Shown: positions 30,201 to 40,310 of the stretch, piece after piece
Layout of the letters: each line of letters opens with the position of its first letter
Numbering within the stretch: position 1 is the first letter of the stretch
Assembly: GCA_964421045.1 (NCBI GenBank)
Contig: CAYQVF010000005.1
Span: 5,567 to 69,566, forward strand
Origin: an uncultured Chromatiaceae bacterium
Lineage (GTDB): Bacteria > Pseudomonadota > Gammaproteobacteria > JAADHS01
Reading direction: 5' to 3'
Length of the DNA: 64,000 nt
Notes under the pieces: generated by a model
Told to the model about the DNA's origin: nothing
The model's input: only the letters and a program-made list of their open reading frames with translations
Database searches by the model: none
Position numbers and translations under genes: made by a program

Positions 30201-31787
30201 TCAAATCTCTCTGGTCGCCAAAAAAGTAATGTCGGGCCATCGTTCCTCGGTTAACTGTAAGTTGACTCGAGTCGGTGCAATATAAACAAGATGCCCCGTG
30301 CCATCAAGGGCAAGGTTGTCGGCCGCTTTCTTCTTGAATTCTTCAAGTATTTTTGTGTCCGGACAAACGACCCAGCGTGCGGTATTTACAGTAACCGCTT
30401 CAAACACGCAGTCCACTTTATATTCATCTTTCAATCTTTGCGCAACCACATCAAATTGTAAAACACCAACGGCACCGAGGATGAGATCATTATTACTCAT
30501 GGGTTTGAGTAATTGTGTTGCGCCTTCTTCACAAAGCTGTTGCAAGCCTTTTTGCAGTGCTTTCATTTTGAGCGGGTCTTTCAAGCGAGCACGGCGAAAT
30601 AATTCTGCAGCGAAGTTGGGAATACCTGTAAACTTTAGTTCTTCACCCAAAGTGAACGTATCGCCAATTTGAATCGTTCCATGGTTGTGGAAACCGATAA
30701 TATCACCGGGAAAAGCCTCTTCCGTATGTCCTCGATCAGCAGCCATAAAGGTAATGGCGTTAGAAATTTGCACATCGCGTCCAATGCGCACATGCCGTAG
30801 TTTCATTCCCTTGTTATAACGCCCTGAGCAGACGCGTAAAAAAGCAATACGATCTCGGTGTTGAGGATCCATGTTGGCTTGAATTTTAAATACAAAGCCG
30901 CTGAAATTTTCCTCGTCAGGAGCGATTTTACGTGTTTGTGTTGCGCGCGACAGCGGAGTCGGCGCCCAATCAGAAAAAGCATCGAGTAATTCGCCCACAC
31001 CAAAGTTATTAATTGCGGAGCCAAAAAACACCGGGCTGAGTTCTCCACGCAGATAAGCCTCCTGATTAAACTCGTGGCTCGCACCGCGTACCAATTCGAT
31101 TTCCTCTCTAAGCTCATCAGCTAAAGTTCCCCACAACTCATCAAGACGAGCATTGTCCAGGCCATTAATCACTTCACCGGCTTGAATTTTACCGCCATGC
31201 GTTGAGCTAAAGAGGTGAATGGAATCATTATAAAGATGGAAGACACCTTTGAAATTTTTCCCCATGCCTATTGGCCAGGTAATCGGCGCACATTGAATGT
31301 TCAAGACCGCTTCAACTTCGTCCAGTAAATCAATAGGGTCGCGGCCTTCTCGATCTAGTTTATTGATAAAAGTAATAATGGGGGTGTCCCGTAAGCGACA
31401 GACCTCCATCAATTTAATGGTTCTCTGCTCCACTCCTTTGGCGCTGTCAATCACCATCAAAGCGGAGTCTACTGCGGTTAATGTGCGATAGGTATCTTCA
31501 GAAAAATCCTCATGACCTGGCGTATCAAGCAAATTAATAATGCTGTTTTGATGAGGAAACTGCATCACCGAGGTTGTCACCGAGATGCCACGCTGCTTTT
31601 CCATTTCCATCCAGTCAGATGTGGCGTGGCGAGCTGCTTTGCGCCCTTTAACCGTCCCCGCTAACTGAATCGCCCCCCCAAACAACAGCAGTTTTTCAGT
31701 GAGCGTAGTTTTACCTGCATCGGGGTGGGAGATGATAGCAAACGTGCGTCGCCTCTTGATTTCATTAATAAAATTGCTATCCACCAT
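30201..31787 (-). CDS. prfC: Peptide chain release factor 3
   Basis: [34 protein letters not shown]. Confidence 0.98.
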   Translation of the reverse strand: MVDSNFINEIKRRRTFAIISHPDAGKTTLTEKLLLFGGAIQLAGTVKGRKAARHATSDWMEMEKQRGISVTTSVMQFPHQNSIINLLDTPGHEDFSEDTYRTLTAVDSALMVIDSAKGVEQRTIKLMEVCRLRDTPIITFINKLDREGRDPIDLLDEVEAVLNIQCAPITWPIGMGKNFKGVFHLYNDSIHLFSSTHGGKIQAGEVINGLDNARLDELWGTLADELREEIELVRGASHEFNQEAYLRGELSPVFFGSAINNFGVGELLDAFSDWAPTPLSRATQTRKIAPDEENFSGFVFKIQANMDPQHRDRIAFLRVCSGRYNKGMKLRHVRIGRDVQISNAITFMAADRGHTEEAFPGDIIGFHNHGTIQIGDTFTLGEELKFTGIPNFAAELFRRARLKDPLKMKALQKGLQQLCEEGATQLLKPMSNNDLILGAVGVLQFDVVAQRLKDEYKVDCVFEAVTVNTARWVVCPDTKILEEFKKKAADNLALDGTGHLVYIAPTRVNLQLTEERWPDITFLATREI

Positions 31788-31877
31788 ACCCTTAATGCCT
31801 TAGTTTGTACCCATTGTGAAAATTACCTTTTCGGGATTAAATTCCGAAAAGCTCGTTATTTTACTTGATCAAAAATC

Positions 31878-32468
31878 TTACGCACCGACAAATTCAAACA
31901 GCTTTGTAAAATCATGTTTGTCGGCGGTACGTAGTGCCGCAATATACTGATCGCGGCGCTCGTTCATTGCCTCTAATTTGTAGCCTCCTGCCCAATCAAT
32001 GGCAGGTGTATCCATGAGCTTGGTGAGTATTGCATCCGCCATTATGCGTGCATGGCGACCATTTCCATTTGGGAATGGGTGGATCAATACCAGCTTGTGA
32101 TGAAAGCGTGCTGCAAGCTCTATTGATGGATAGGTCTCATGCTCTATCCAGTAGCGTGCATCATCTAATAGCTGTCGCAACTGAACTGCGATCTGGATCG
32201 GATCGACACCGATGTTCTTTTTTTTACGGAATATGCCCGCCCACTTCCAGACTTGCCCAAATAACCGTTTATGCAAATCGCGCACAAACCGTTCACTTAA
32301 AATGTCTGTATGGCGTTGCTTTTTAAGCCACTGCATGCCTTCGACGATGTTTGCTTGCTCCAACTGATCAAGCTCGCCTCTGGTCGTAATATGCGCAAAG
32401 CGAAGCCCTTCCTTTTCATCGGGATCAAGGGGCGTTGCGCCATTTGGTTCATCTAACCCATTACTCAT
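31878..32468 (-). CDS. Mobile mystery protein B (Fic domain)
   Basis: GATPLDPDE N-terminus; Fic motif HPFPNGNGRHAR. Confidence 0.9.
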   Translation of the reverse strand: MSNGLDEPNGATPLDPDEKEGLRFAHITTRGELDQLEQANIVEGMQWLKKQRHTDILSERFVRDLHKRLFGQVWKWAGIFRKKKNIGVDPIQIAVQLRQLLDDARYWIEHETYPSIELAARFHHKLVLIHPFPNGNGRHARIMADAILTKLMDTPAIDWAGGYKLEAMNERRDQYIAALRTADKHDFTKLFEFVGA

Positions 32469-32932
32469 TCATCATTCCATAAATCAGAGGGCATTTTTTT
32501 GATGATCTCAGAGGCAAGACGATCAACTTCAAAGGTAAGCTGTTCGTCACTCAACGCTTGCGCTTCAAGCGCCATCTGTGTGGAGGCCGCTTTGATCCGT
32601 TCTTTTGCCTTTAAAACAGCGCGACCCTTGATCACACTTTCAATTTCTTTTTCAGGAATGATCGCATAAACAAAGCGACAATCCATAGCTTGTGCCATGC
32701 TTTGCATACTTTTGAGCGTGGCACTTCCTGTTAGCTCGGCAGATTCCGCTTGTGAAACCCGCCCTTTGGTTACGCCAAGGCGTTTTGCCAATTGCGAGCC
32801 TGACATGCCAAGCGCTTTACGAACTGTTTTAAGCCAACCTTCTGAAGAGGGCATTGCGTAGCCCCCAAACTGTTTTAAAGCTTGGTTCACCTTGTTTTGA
32901 TATTGCTTTAAAACTACCGTTTCAATGCCCAT
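32465..32932 (-). CDS. Mobile mystery protein A (XRE-type HTH)
   Basis: GWLKTVRKALGMS..QLA.RLG, CRFVYA, MALEAQ, LW end; overlaps the partner start. Confidence 0.9.
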   Translation of the reverse strand: MGIETVVLKQYQNKVNQALKQFGGYAMPSSEGWLKTVRKALGMSGSQLAKRLGVTKGRVSQAESAELTGSATLKSMQSMAQAMDCRFVYAIIPEKEIESVIKGRAVLKAKERIKAASTQMALEAQALSDEQLTFEVDRLASEIIKKMPSDLWNDE

Positions 32933-33141
32933 CGGATGACCTTCGTCTATAATTTAAAGCATTATTGGTTTAGATAAAACTATACTATAGATAGTTACAA
33001 GTCAATATAAAGCTAAACAATAAATGCAGTTAAGTTTAGTTATATGTTGATTTGTCTCTTTCTTGCTTTCGGGCGCAATTTACCCGAAAGCGCGATTTTT
33101 TCGTCCATTACAGTACAGGGTGCTGAACTCATTTCCTGAGC

Positions 33142-33420
33142 TCAATGCTTGCCTGTTCCCTTAATGCGCTCAAAATACGTAGTTTCCGTTGTTAGCTCTT
33201 CGGCATAGTCCGTTAGGAGGTTGTCCGAGAATAGCAAAATCGTGCTTTTAAAATCCTTATTTATCAATCAAAATTTCATATTTATGAACATGTGAGTTCT
33301 TGGACAAGCTCCTAGGGACGAATAACACCCGTTATAATTTTATTCTAAGGCTTTTCTGGCATCTTCCAAATTATCGCCAAAGTGAGCGAGCACATCGCCT
33401 GCGTGTAGTGGTCGAGTCAT
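33142..33420 (-). pseudogene. ardA: ArdA-like antirestriction gene remnant
   Basis: GDVLAHFGDNLEDARKALE*NYNGCYSSL|TDYAEELTTET reads in frame once the MITE and one TA are removed. Confidence 0.65.
33216..33312. mobile_element. 97-bp family-C MITE with TA duplication
   Basis: TIR GGAGGTTGTCCGAGAA / TTCTTGGACAAGCTCC, flanked by TA; removal restores the reading frame. Confidence 0.85.
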
Positions 33421-33594
33421 TCCTTACTATTCAAATAAAAATAGGACTATTTGTGATGCGAATAGCCTAGCTAATCGCATCAATGTAGTGTATTGCTTTA
33501 GTTGAAGTTGGAGAGCGCCAATTTCAACTAAAGCAATATAGGATGTGGTGAGGCATTTTCCGTTTCGATTAGGCATAACAAGGAAAAACTGAGA

Positions 33595-34161
33595 GTGAAA
33601 CGATGTGATTGGGCAAATTCTAATCCCCTGGAAGCTGAGCACCATGATAAAGAATGGGGCGTTCCGGTTCATGATGATCGATTGCTTTTTGAAATGCTTA
33701 TTTTGGAAAGCGCTCAATCGGGACTCAGTTGGGCTACAATTCTTCAAAAAAGAAAAGGTTATTTAAATGCATTTGATAATTTTGATGCGCGTAAGGTTGC
33801 GAAATATACGGATAAAAAAATAGAGCAGTTACTTCAAAATAAAGAAATTGTCAGACATAAGCTAAAAATCACAGCAACTATAGTGAACGCTAGAAAGGTT
33901 TTGGATATACAGAATGAATATGGGAGTTTTGATGCGTACATTTGGTCGTTTGTCGATGGTAAGCCCATTAAAAACTCATGGCGTAAGTTATCAGATGTAC
34001 CAACAAGTACACCTATTTCAGAAGTGATGAGCAAGGCGCTAAAGAAAAAGGGGTTTAAGTTCGTTGGGCCAACGACTTGCTACGCTTATATGCAGGCCGT
34101 CGGAATGGTCAATGATCATCTGCTCTCATGTTTTCGATATCCTGAAATAGACTCGCTGTGA
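33595..34161 (+). CDS. tag: DNA-3-methyladenine glycosylase I
   Basis: RCDW, HDKEWG, LESAQSGLSW, FKFVGPT, NDHLLSC. Confidence 0.93.
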   Translation: MKRCDWANSNPLEAEHHDKEWGVPVHDDRLLFEMLILESAQSGLSWATILQKRKGYLNAFDNFDARKVAKYTDKKIEQLLQNKEIVRHKLKITATIVNARKVLDIQNEYGSFDAYIWSFVDGKPIKNSWRKLSDVPTSTPISEVMSKALKKKGFKFVGPTTCYAYMQAVGMVNDHLLSCFRYPEIDSL

Positions 34162-34289
34162 CATCATGAAAAATTGACGAGGGGATATAAGCACCCCGCC
34201 ATTTACTTTTACATTTCGAGTGATCGTGCTTGTGCTGAGTGAGTGCAAGCATTTGCAGGGTTTAGGTAAAGTGGAGGGGGTAGCGACTT

Positions 34290-34556
34290 ATGACAAAAAA
34301 TAGAAAACTGACAGACTTAAAGAACATTGGAAAAAAAATTTCGGGGCGTCTAAATGAAGCAGGTATTTTTTCTGAGGAAGCGTTGCGCTTTTATGGTGCT
34401 GCTGAGGCACATATCATGATTAAAAAAAATCACCCAAATGAAACCTTACCCGTTTGCTACTATCTGTATTCATTTGAAGGGGCATTATGCGATAAGCATT
34501 GGAATGACATTGGAGAAGAGAAAAAGAAAAAACTTAAAAATGATGTTGGGGTTTAA
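34290..34556 (+). CDS. TfoX C-terminal domain protein
   Basis: LTDLKNIGK...LNEAGI...LYSFEGAL...HW. Confidence 0.8.
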   Translation: MTKNRKLTDLKNIGKKISGRLNEAGIFSEEALRFYGAAEAHIMIKKNHPNETLPVCYYLYSFEGALCDKHWNDIGEEKKKKLKNDVGV

Positions 34557-34572
34557 CGGAAGAGGTTAGGAG

Positions 34573-34595
34573 AGGAGGTTGTCCGAGAATAGCAA
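34573..34595. repeat. Family-C left end, identical to 33215-33237
   Basis: aggaggttgtccgagaatagcaa, 23-bp direct repeat. Confidence 0.75.
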
Positions 34596-34674
34596 TCATA
34601 GCGAGAGCAAGCTATTTTGTATCTACAAGGGGCATAATGTCTAGATCTTAAGGTCTTCACCATGAAGGCCTATA

Positions 34675-34764
34675 TATACCCATGGACGGTATATATTTCG
34701 GAAAAACCGAATCTAAGGCGCGTCTGCACGTGCTAACACCTAAATCTATAATGCCATGGGTATA
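34675..34764. mobile_element. Short family-A element
   Basis: TATACCCATGG...ggaaaaaccgaatctaaggc...aacacctaaatctataatgccatGGGTATA. Confidence 0.8.
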
Positions 34765-34805
34765 CAAGGCAAAAACATAGCCATCAGGGGGGGGGTCGTA
34801 TGCGG

Positions 34806-36227
34806 TTAAATATGAATAGTGCGTTTATCTACAGCCAGTGCGGCTTCGTGAAAGGCTTCAGATAAGGTTGGGTGGGCGTGAATGGTGCGTGCCAAGTCTT
34901 CAGCGCTGGCCTGAAACTCCATAGCGATAACGGCTTCAGCAATCATTTCAGAGGCGTTGGCACCGATAATATGAGCGCCCAGTAATTCGTCCGTTTCAGC
35001 GTGTGCTAATAACTTGACCATGCCCTCGGTATCCCCAGCGGCATAGGCGCGACCGTTCGCTTTAAACGGAAAGGAGCCGCTTTTAAATGGAATACCCAAT
35101 TCGGTGAGCTGTTGCGAGGTTTTGCCGACCCAGGCAATTTCGGGATGAGTATAAATAACCCAGGGTATTGTATTGTAGTTCACATGACCGGATTGCCCCG
35201 CAATACGTTCGGCGACCGCGACACCTTCTTCAGAGGCTTTGTGCGCGAGCATGGGACCACGCACTACATCGCCGATCGCGTAGATGTTGGCTAAATTACT
35301 TTGGCCGTTGTCATCGATGTTGATAAAGCCGCGTTCGTCTAGCGCCAGACCCACTTCTTCGGCGTTGAGTCCCGAGGTGTTGGGTATGCGACCTGTTGTG
35401 ACCAAAACTTTATGAGCTTTGATTTCTTTTGTTTTTCCTGATTGGTTGTAACTTATAGTGACGGTTTTTTTGGCCACTTTACTTGAAAGCGGTTGTGCGC
35501 CTAGCTCGATATTAAGCCCTTGGGCAGAAAAATATTTTAATGCTTCTGCTGCGATTTGGGGTTCCACATTGGGGAAAAACTGGTCACGGCGAATCAATAC
35601 GGTGACCTTGCTACCTAGCCGCTGCCAAACACTGCCTAGTTCCAGGCCGATGACCCCCCCTCCAATGATAACCAGTTGTTTAGGGACTTCTTTAAACTCA
35701 AGTGCTCCGGTAGAGTCAACTATAAGCTCATGGTCAACAGGAGCGAATTCGACATCACGTGGCTTGGAGCCGGTGGCGATAATAATATGATTAGCCGTGA
35801 GTGTGGTTTCTGGCATTGTGTTATCCGGGCGGATGACGTCCACTTTTTGAGACCCTGATAAACGCCCTGTGCCATGAAAAAATTCGATTTTATGTTTGAT
35901 AAAGAGCGCAGAGACCCCGCCTGTTAAGGTGCTAACAATCTCGTCTTTACGTTTGAGCATGGTCTTGATGTTTATGCTGGCTTTGCCAATGGTAATGCCA
36001 TGAGCGGTGAGTCCGGAAGCGAGTTCATGATATTTTTGTGATGAGCTCAGTAATGCCTTGGAAGGGATGCAGCCCACATTGAGACAGGTGCCGCCTGGGG
36101 ACGCTTTTCCTGATTTATTAACCCATTGATCAATGACGGCTGTTTTCAGGCCGAGTTGTGCACAACGAATCGCCGCGACATAGCCCCCCGGCCCTGCACC
36201 GATAACAATGACATCAAACTGTTTCAT
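34806..36227 (-). CDS. lpdA: Dihydrolipoamide dehydrogenase (E3)
   Basis: GGTCLNVGCIPSK, GGGVIG, HAHPTLSE; follows sucB. Confidence 0.96.
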   Translation of the reverse strand: MKQFDVIVIGAGPGGYVAAIRCAQLGLKTAVIDQWVNKSGKASPGGTCLNVGCIPSKALLSSSQKYHELASGLTAHGITIGKASINIKTMLKRKDEIVSTLTGGVSALFIKHKIEFFHGTGRLSGSQKVDVIRPDNTMPETTLTANHIIIATGSKPRDVEFAPVDHELIVDSTGALEFKEVPKQLVIIGGGVIGLELGSVWQRLGSKVTVLIRRDQFFPNVEPQIAAEALKYFSAQGLNIELGAQPLSSKVAKKTVTISYNQSGKTKEIKAHKVLVTTGRIPNTSGLNAEEVGLALDERGFINIDDNGQSNLANIYAIGDVVRGPMLAHKASEEGVAVAERIAGQSGHVNYNTIPWVIYTHPEIAWVGKTSQQLTELGIPFKSGSFPFKANGRAYAAGDTEGMVKLLAHAETDELLGAHIIGANASEMIAEAVIAMEFQASAEDLARTIHAHPTLSEAFHEAALAVDKRTIHI

Positions 36228-36236
36228 CTTACGCTC

Positions 36237-37436
36237 CTAGATTTGCAATAACAGGCGAGCCGGGTCTTCTAACATCTCTTTTACAGTAATGAGAAAGTGT
36301 ACCGCCTCCTTACCATCGACAATGCGATGATCATAAGACAGGGCGATATACATCATGGGTCTGGCCACAATATCCCCCTTTTCAACAATGGGACGGATTT
36401 GCGTCTTGTGCATACCAAGAATACCACTTTGTGGTGGATTAAGAATGGGTGTAGACAGTAAAGAACCAAAAACCCCACCATTACTGATCGTAAAGGTGCC
36501 CCCCGTTAAATCATCAATAGAGAGTTTACCTTCTCGAGCTTTTATCGCGTAATCTGTAATTTGATGTTCCAGCTCGGCAAAGGACAGGGCATCGGCATTT
36601 CTGACGACGGGAACGACTAAGCCTCGAGGGGAACTTACCGCGATGCTGATATCAAAATAGCCATGGTAAACAATATCATTGGCGTCTATGGATGCATTGA
36701 CTACGGGGAATTTTTTAAGGCCTTCGACGACCGCTTTAGTGAAAAAGGACATGAATCCCAGTTTTATACCGTATTCTTTTTCAAATTTATCCTTATAACG
36801 ACTCCGCATATCCATGACGGGCTGCATGTTGACTTCATTAAAAGTAGTCAGCATGGCCGCCGTATTTTGTGCCTCTTTCAATCTTTCAGCAATACGGGTA
36901 CGCAGGCGTGTCATCGGTACTCGACGTTCTTCTCGAGAGGCGCCCAGCTGTGTGGGTGCGCCGGGTTGTACCGGCGGCTGTGCTGTAGACGGAGTTTTAT
37001 TGTGGCTTAATACATCAGCTTTGGTGATGCGTCCATCTTTGCCCGTGCCGACAATATGTTCGGGGTTGATACCCTGCTCGTTAACCCGTTTACGCACAGC
37101 TGGACTTAATTTAGCATGGGTTGATGATTCCGCAGACGCACCAGTTGCAGTGTGTTCGACGGGCACGGTGGGTCTTGTCGCTTGCAGGCTGGCCTTGGCT
37201 TCGCTGTCTATGACGGCAAGCACTTCTTCACTGCTCACTGAAGCGCCATTGGCTTTTTTTATTTCAGTTAAAACGCCATCTTCCGGGGCGACGATCTCTA
37301 GCACAACCTTGTCTGTTTCCAACTCTACAAGGATCTCATCTCTGAGAACAAATTCACCACTTTGTTTATGCCAGTTAATCAGCGTTCCCTCCGTAATAGA
37401 CTCAGACAAAACGGGGACTTTGACCTCGATCAACAT
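36237..37436 (-). CDS. sucB: 2-oxoglutarate dehydrogenase E2
   Basis: Lipoyl ETDKV; AMLTTFNEV; YDHRIVDG. Confidence 0.97.
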   Translation of the reverse strand: MLIEVKVPVLSESITEGTLINWHKQSGEFVLRDEILVELETDKVVLEIVAPEDGVLTEIKKANGASVSSEEVLAVIDSEAKASLQATRPTVPVEHTATGASAESSTHAKLSPAVRKRVNEQGINPEHIVGTGKDGRITKADVLSHNKTPSTAQPPVQPGAPTQLGASREERRVPMTRLRTRIAERLKEAQNTAAMLTTFNEVNMQPVMDMRSRYKDKFEKEYGIKLGFMSFFTKAVVEGLKKFPVVNASIDANDIVYHGYFDISIAVSSPRGLVVPVVRNADALSFAELEHQITDYAIKAREGKLSIDDLTGGTFTISNGGVFGSLLSTPILNPPQSGILGMHKTQIRPIVEKGDIVARPMMYIALSYDHRIVDGKEAVHFLITVKEMLEDPARLLLQI

Positions 37437-37457
37437 TGTTGTTCTCCCTTTACAATA

Positions 37458-40295
37458 TTATTTTGAATTTATCGACAGTGCCTCTTCAATCAAATGGCGT
37501 TGTTGCATGATATGTTTTTTCAGGTAACCCACTGCAGGTGCAGCCGCCGCCGTGCGTCCTGCATAGCGTAGTTGTTGACCGATCTTGAGTTTATCTCTTA
37601 TATGGTCTTGAATGAAGCCCCATGCGCCCTGGTTTTGTGGTTCTTCCTGGCACCAGACAATGTCCTGAGCATTACAATATTGGGTCATGATGTCCTTTAA
37701 TTCAATATCTGGAAATGGATATAATTGTTCGATTCTGACGATAGCGGTATTTAAAACTCCTTGTTTGTTCTGTTCCTGGAGTAAGTCAAAATAGACTTTA
37801 CCACTACAAAAAATTACTTTTTCGACTTCTGAAGGCGCGGTAACGTGGGTATCATCAATGATCAGTTGAAATGGGTGTGAGACCAGATCGTCCAGTGTCG
37901 AGGTTGAGTCTCGATGCCTTAATAAACTCTTGGGTGTCATGACGATCAAGGGTCTTCGATAGGGTCGTAACATCTGCCGGCGAATAAGATGAAACATTTG
38001 GCTTGGTAAGCTGGGTACGAGAACTTGAATATTGTCTTCAGCACAGAGTTGCAGGTATCTTTCCAGTCTTGCTGATGAGTGTTCTGGGCCTTGGCCATCG
38101 AAACCATGCGGCAGATACATCACCAGACTGCTCAGACGATTCCATTTAGAGTGACCAGAGGAAATAAACTGATCAATAACCACTTGAGCGCCATTGGCAA
38201 AGTCGCCAAATTGAGCTTCCCATATAGTGAGGCATTTAGGGGCTGTCGCACTAAAACCATACTCAAAGCCCAGTACGGCCTCCTCAGAGAGCAGTGAATC
38301 AATGACGGTAAAGCTCGGTTTGCCGTCATTAACATAGCGTAGCGGGACATAGGCTGCCCCTGTTTTTTGATCATGGAGTACCGCATGACGATGAAAAAAA
38401 GTGCCTCTACCGCTGTCCTGGCCCGATAAACGCACAGAATAACCTTCTCTAAGCAGAGTGGCATAGGCCAGCGTTTCAGCAAAGCCCCAGTCTATCCTGG
38501 CCTCTCCGCTTGCCATATTTAGTCGCTCTTCCATAATTCGAGCGACCCTGGGGTGTAGAACGAAACCCTCAGGAAGTAAGTTCAGTTGTTTTGCCAAAGT
38601 CGATATAACTTGTTGTGATGTTTGTGTATTAACAGCGTAGCGCCAGTGGGTTTCAGCATAGGGTGTCCAGTCGGTCATTACGGCACGTGCTGTTGCATTG
38701 ATGTTGGGTGCGGCGGTTTTACCGTGGTCTAGCAGTGCTCGATATTGTTGTTGCATATGAGTAATGTCATCTTGTGTAACGACACCTTCTTTAACCAGAT
38801 GTTGAGCGTAGATATCGGGTACGGTTGCATGTTGTTTTATGATTGAATACATCATGGGTTGCGTTGCTGATGGTTCATCTGCTTCACTGTGGCCGTGCCT
38901 GCGATAACAGAATAGATCGATGACAACATCTCTGCCAAATTCATTGCGAAAGTCAAAAGCAAGCTGTGCTGCAAAAAGCACGGCTTCCGGGTTGTCGCCA
39001 TTGACGTGTAGTACCGGGGCTTGAACCATCCGGGCAACTTCAGTGCAATACGGAGTAGAGCGGGCATCCAGATGATTGCTGGTGGTAAAGCCGATTTGAT
39101 TATTAATGATAATATGCAAGGCGCCACCAATGGTAAATCCGCGTGCTTGAGACATGTTGAAGGTTTCCATGACTACGCCCTGACCCGCAAAAGCAGCATC
39201 GCCATGAATTAATATGGGCATGACTTCGGTACGTTTTTTATCCTCTCTTCGGTGTTGTCGGGCGCGTACAGAACCGGCGACGACAGGGCAGATGATCTCA
39301 AGATGCGATGGGTTAAAGGAGAGAGCAAGATGGAGATCTCCGCCGTCTGTTTTAATGTTTGAAGAAAAACCTTGATGGTATTTGACATCACCTGAGCCTT
39401 CATTGGTACTGGGGTCGAAGTGTCCTTCGAATTCTTGGAACAGCGTAGCAGGAGATTTACCCAGTATATTGATTAACACGTTTAAACGACCGCGGTGTGC
39501 CATGCCCATTACCACTTCTTTAGTCCCGTTTTTTCCTGCTGATTGAAGGAGGTGGTCGAGCAGAGGAATCAGGCTTTCACCGCCTTCCAGGGAAAAACGC
39601 TTTTGCCCAACATATTTGGTATGCAGGTATTTTTCGAGGCCCGACGCGGCAATAACACGAGATAAAATGCTGCGTTGTTGAGCTGGGTCGGGTCTCAATT
39701 TGGCGCGCGACGACTCAAGGCGTTGCTGGATCCAGCGCTTTTGGGTGGTGCTGGAAATATGCATATACTCAGCACCAAGGTGGCCGCAATAGGTCTCTCT
39801 CAAGTGATGTATGATATCTCGCAGAGTGGCTTGTTCGACACCAGCAAGTGAGCCCGTATTAAATACCGTATCCATATCATTTTCGCTCAAGCCGTGAGAT
39901 GCCGGGATCAAGTCAGGCAAAGGTGGCGATTTTTTGAGTGAAAGAGGGTCGGTTTTTGCTTCTTGGTGGCCGCGAAACCGATAAGCATTGATAAGTTGTA
40001 ACACGGCGACTTGTTTACTCTCGATAGATTCGATGACCTGGTTATAGTCTTGATGTGTTAAAGAACGAGGCCGGTGGCCTTGAAAAACAAATTCATTACG
40101 GATAAGGGCATGATCAACGTCGGTAATGGGTGGGTCATTTGGTTTTTTGAACGTGTCAAAATAACTACGCCAGTTTTCATCTATGTCATTGGGGTTTGTT
40201 AAATAGTTGGCATACAGCTCTTCAATGAATGCAGCATTACCCGCAAATAAATAGCTATTGTCCAAAAAGTCTTGCATTCCTTTTTTGTTCTTCAC
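37458..40295 (-). CDS. sucA: 2-oxoglutarate dehydrogenase E1
   Basis: KRFSLEGGE, GMAHRGRLN, HGDAAFAGQG, WEAQFGDF. Confidence 0.98.
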   Translation of the reverse strand: MKNKKGMQDFLDNSYLFAGNAAFIEELYANYLTNPNDIDENWRSYFDTFKKPNDPPITDVDHALIRNEFVFQGHRPRSLTHQDYNQVIESIESKQVAVLQLINAYRFRGHQEAKTDPLSLKKSPPLPDLIPASHGLSENDMDTVFNTGSLAGVEQATLRDIIHHLRETYCGHLGAEYMHISSTTQKRWIQQRLESSRAKLRPDPAQQRSILSRVIAASGLEKYLHTKYVGQKRFSLEGGESLIPLLDHLLQSAGKNGTKEVVMGMAHRGRLNVLINILGKSPATLFQEFEGHFDPSTNEGSGDVKYHQGFSSNIKTDGGDLHLALSFNPSHLEIICPVVAGSVRARQHRREDKKRTEVMPILIHGDAAFAGQGVVMETFNMSQARGFTIGGALHIIINNQIGFTTSNHLDARSTPYCTEVARMVQAPVLHVNGDNPEAVLFAAQLAFDFRNEFGRDVVIDLFCYRRHGHSEADEPSATQPMMYSIIKQHATVPDIYAQHLVKEGVVTQDDITHMQQQYRALLDHGKTAAPNINATARAVMTDWTPYAETHWRYAVNTQTSQQVISTLAKQLNLLPEGFVLHPRVARIMEERLNMASGEARIDWGFAETLAYATLLREGYSVRLSGQDSGRGTFFHRHAVLHDQKTGAAYVPLRYVNDGKPSFTVIDSLLSEEAVLGFEYGFSATAPKCLTIWEAQFGDFANGAQVVIDQFISSGHSKWNRLSSLVMYLPHGFDGQGPEHSSARLERYLQLCAEDNIQVLVPSLPSQMFHLIRRQMLRPYRRPLIVMTPKSLLRHRDSTSTLDDLVSHPFQLIIDDTHVTAPSEVEKVIFCSGKVYFDLLQEQNKQGVLNTAIVRIEQLYPFPDIELKDIMTQYCNAQDIVWCQEEPQNQGAWGFIQDHIRDKLKIGQQLRYAGRTAAAAPAVGYLKKHIMQQRHLIEEALSINSK

Positions 40296-40310
40296 TGTAA
40301 CGACCCTGTT

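Noticed and set aside
36814-37527. 237-aa plus-strand ORF and other short shadow ORFs in the track
   Set aside because: Antisense to well-supported genes (here sucB/sucA); no recognisable motifs.
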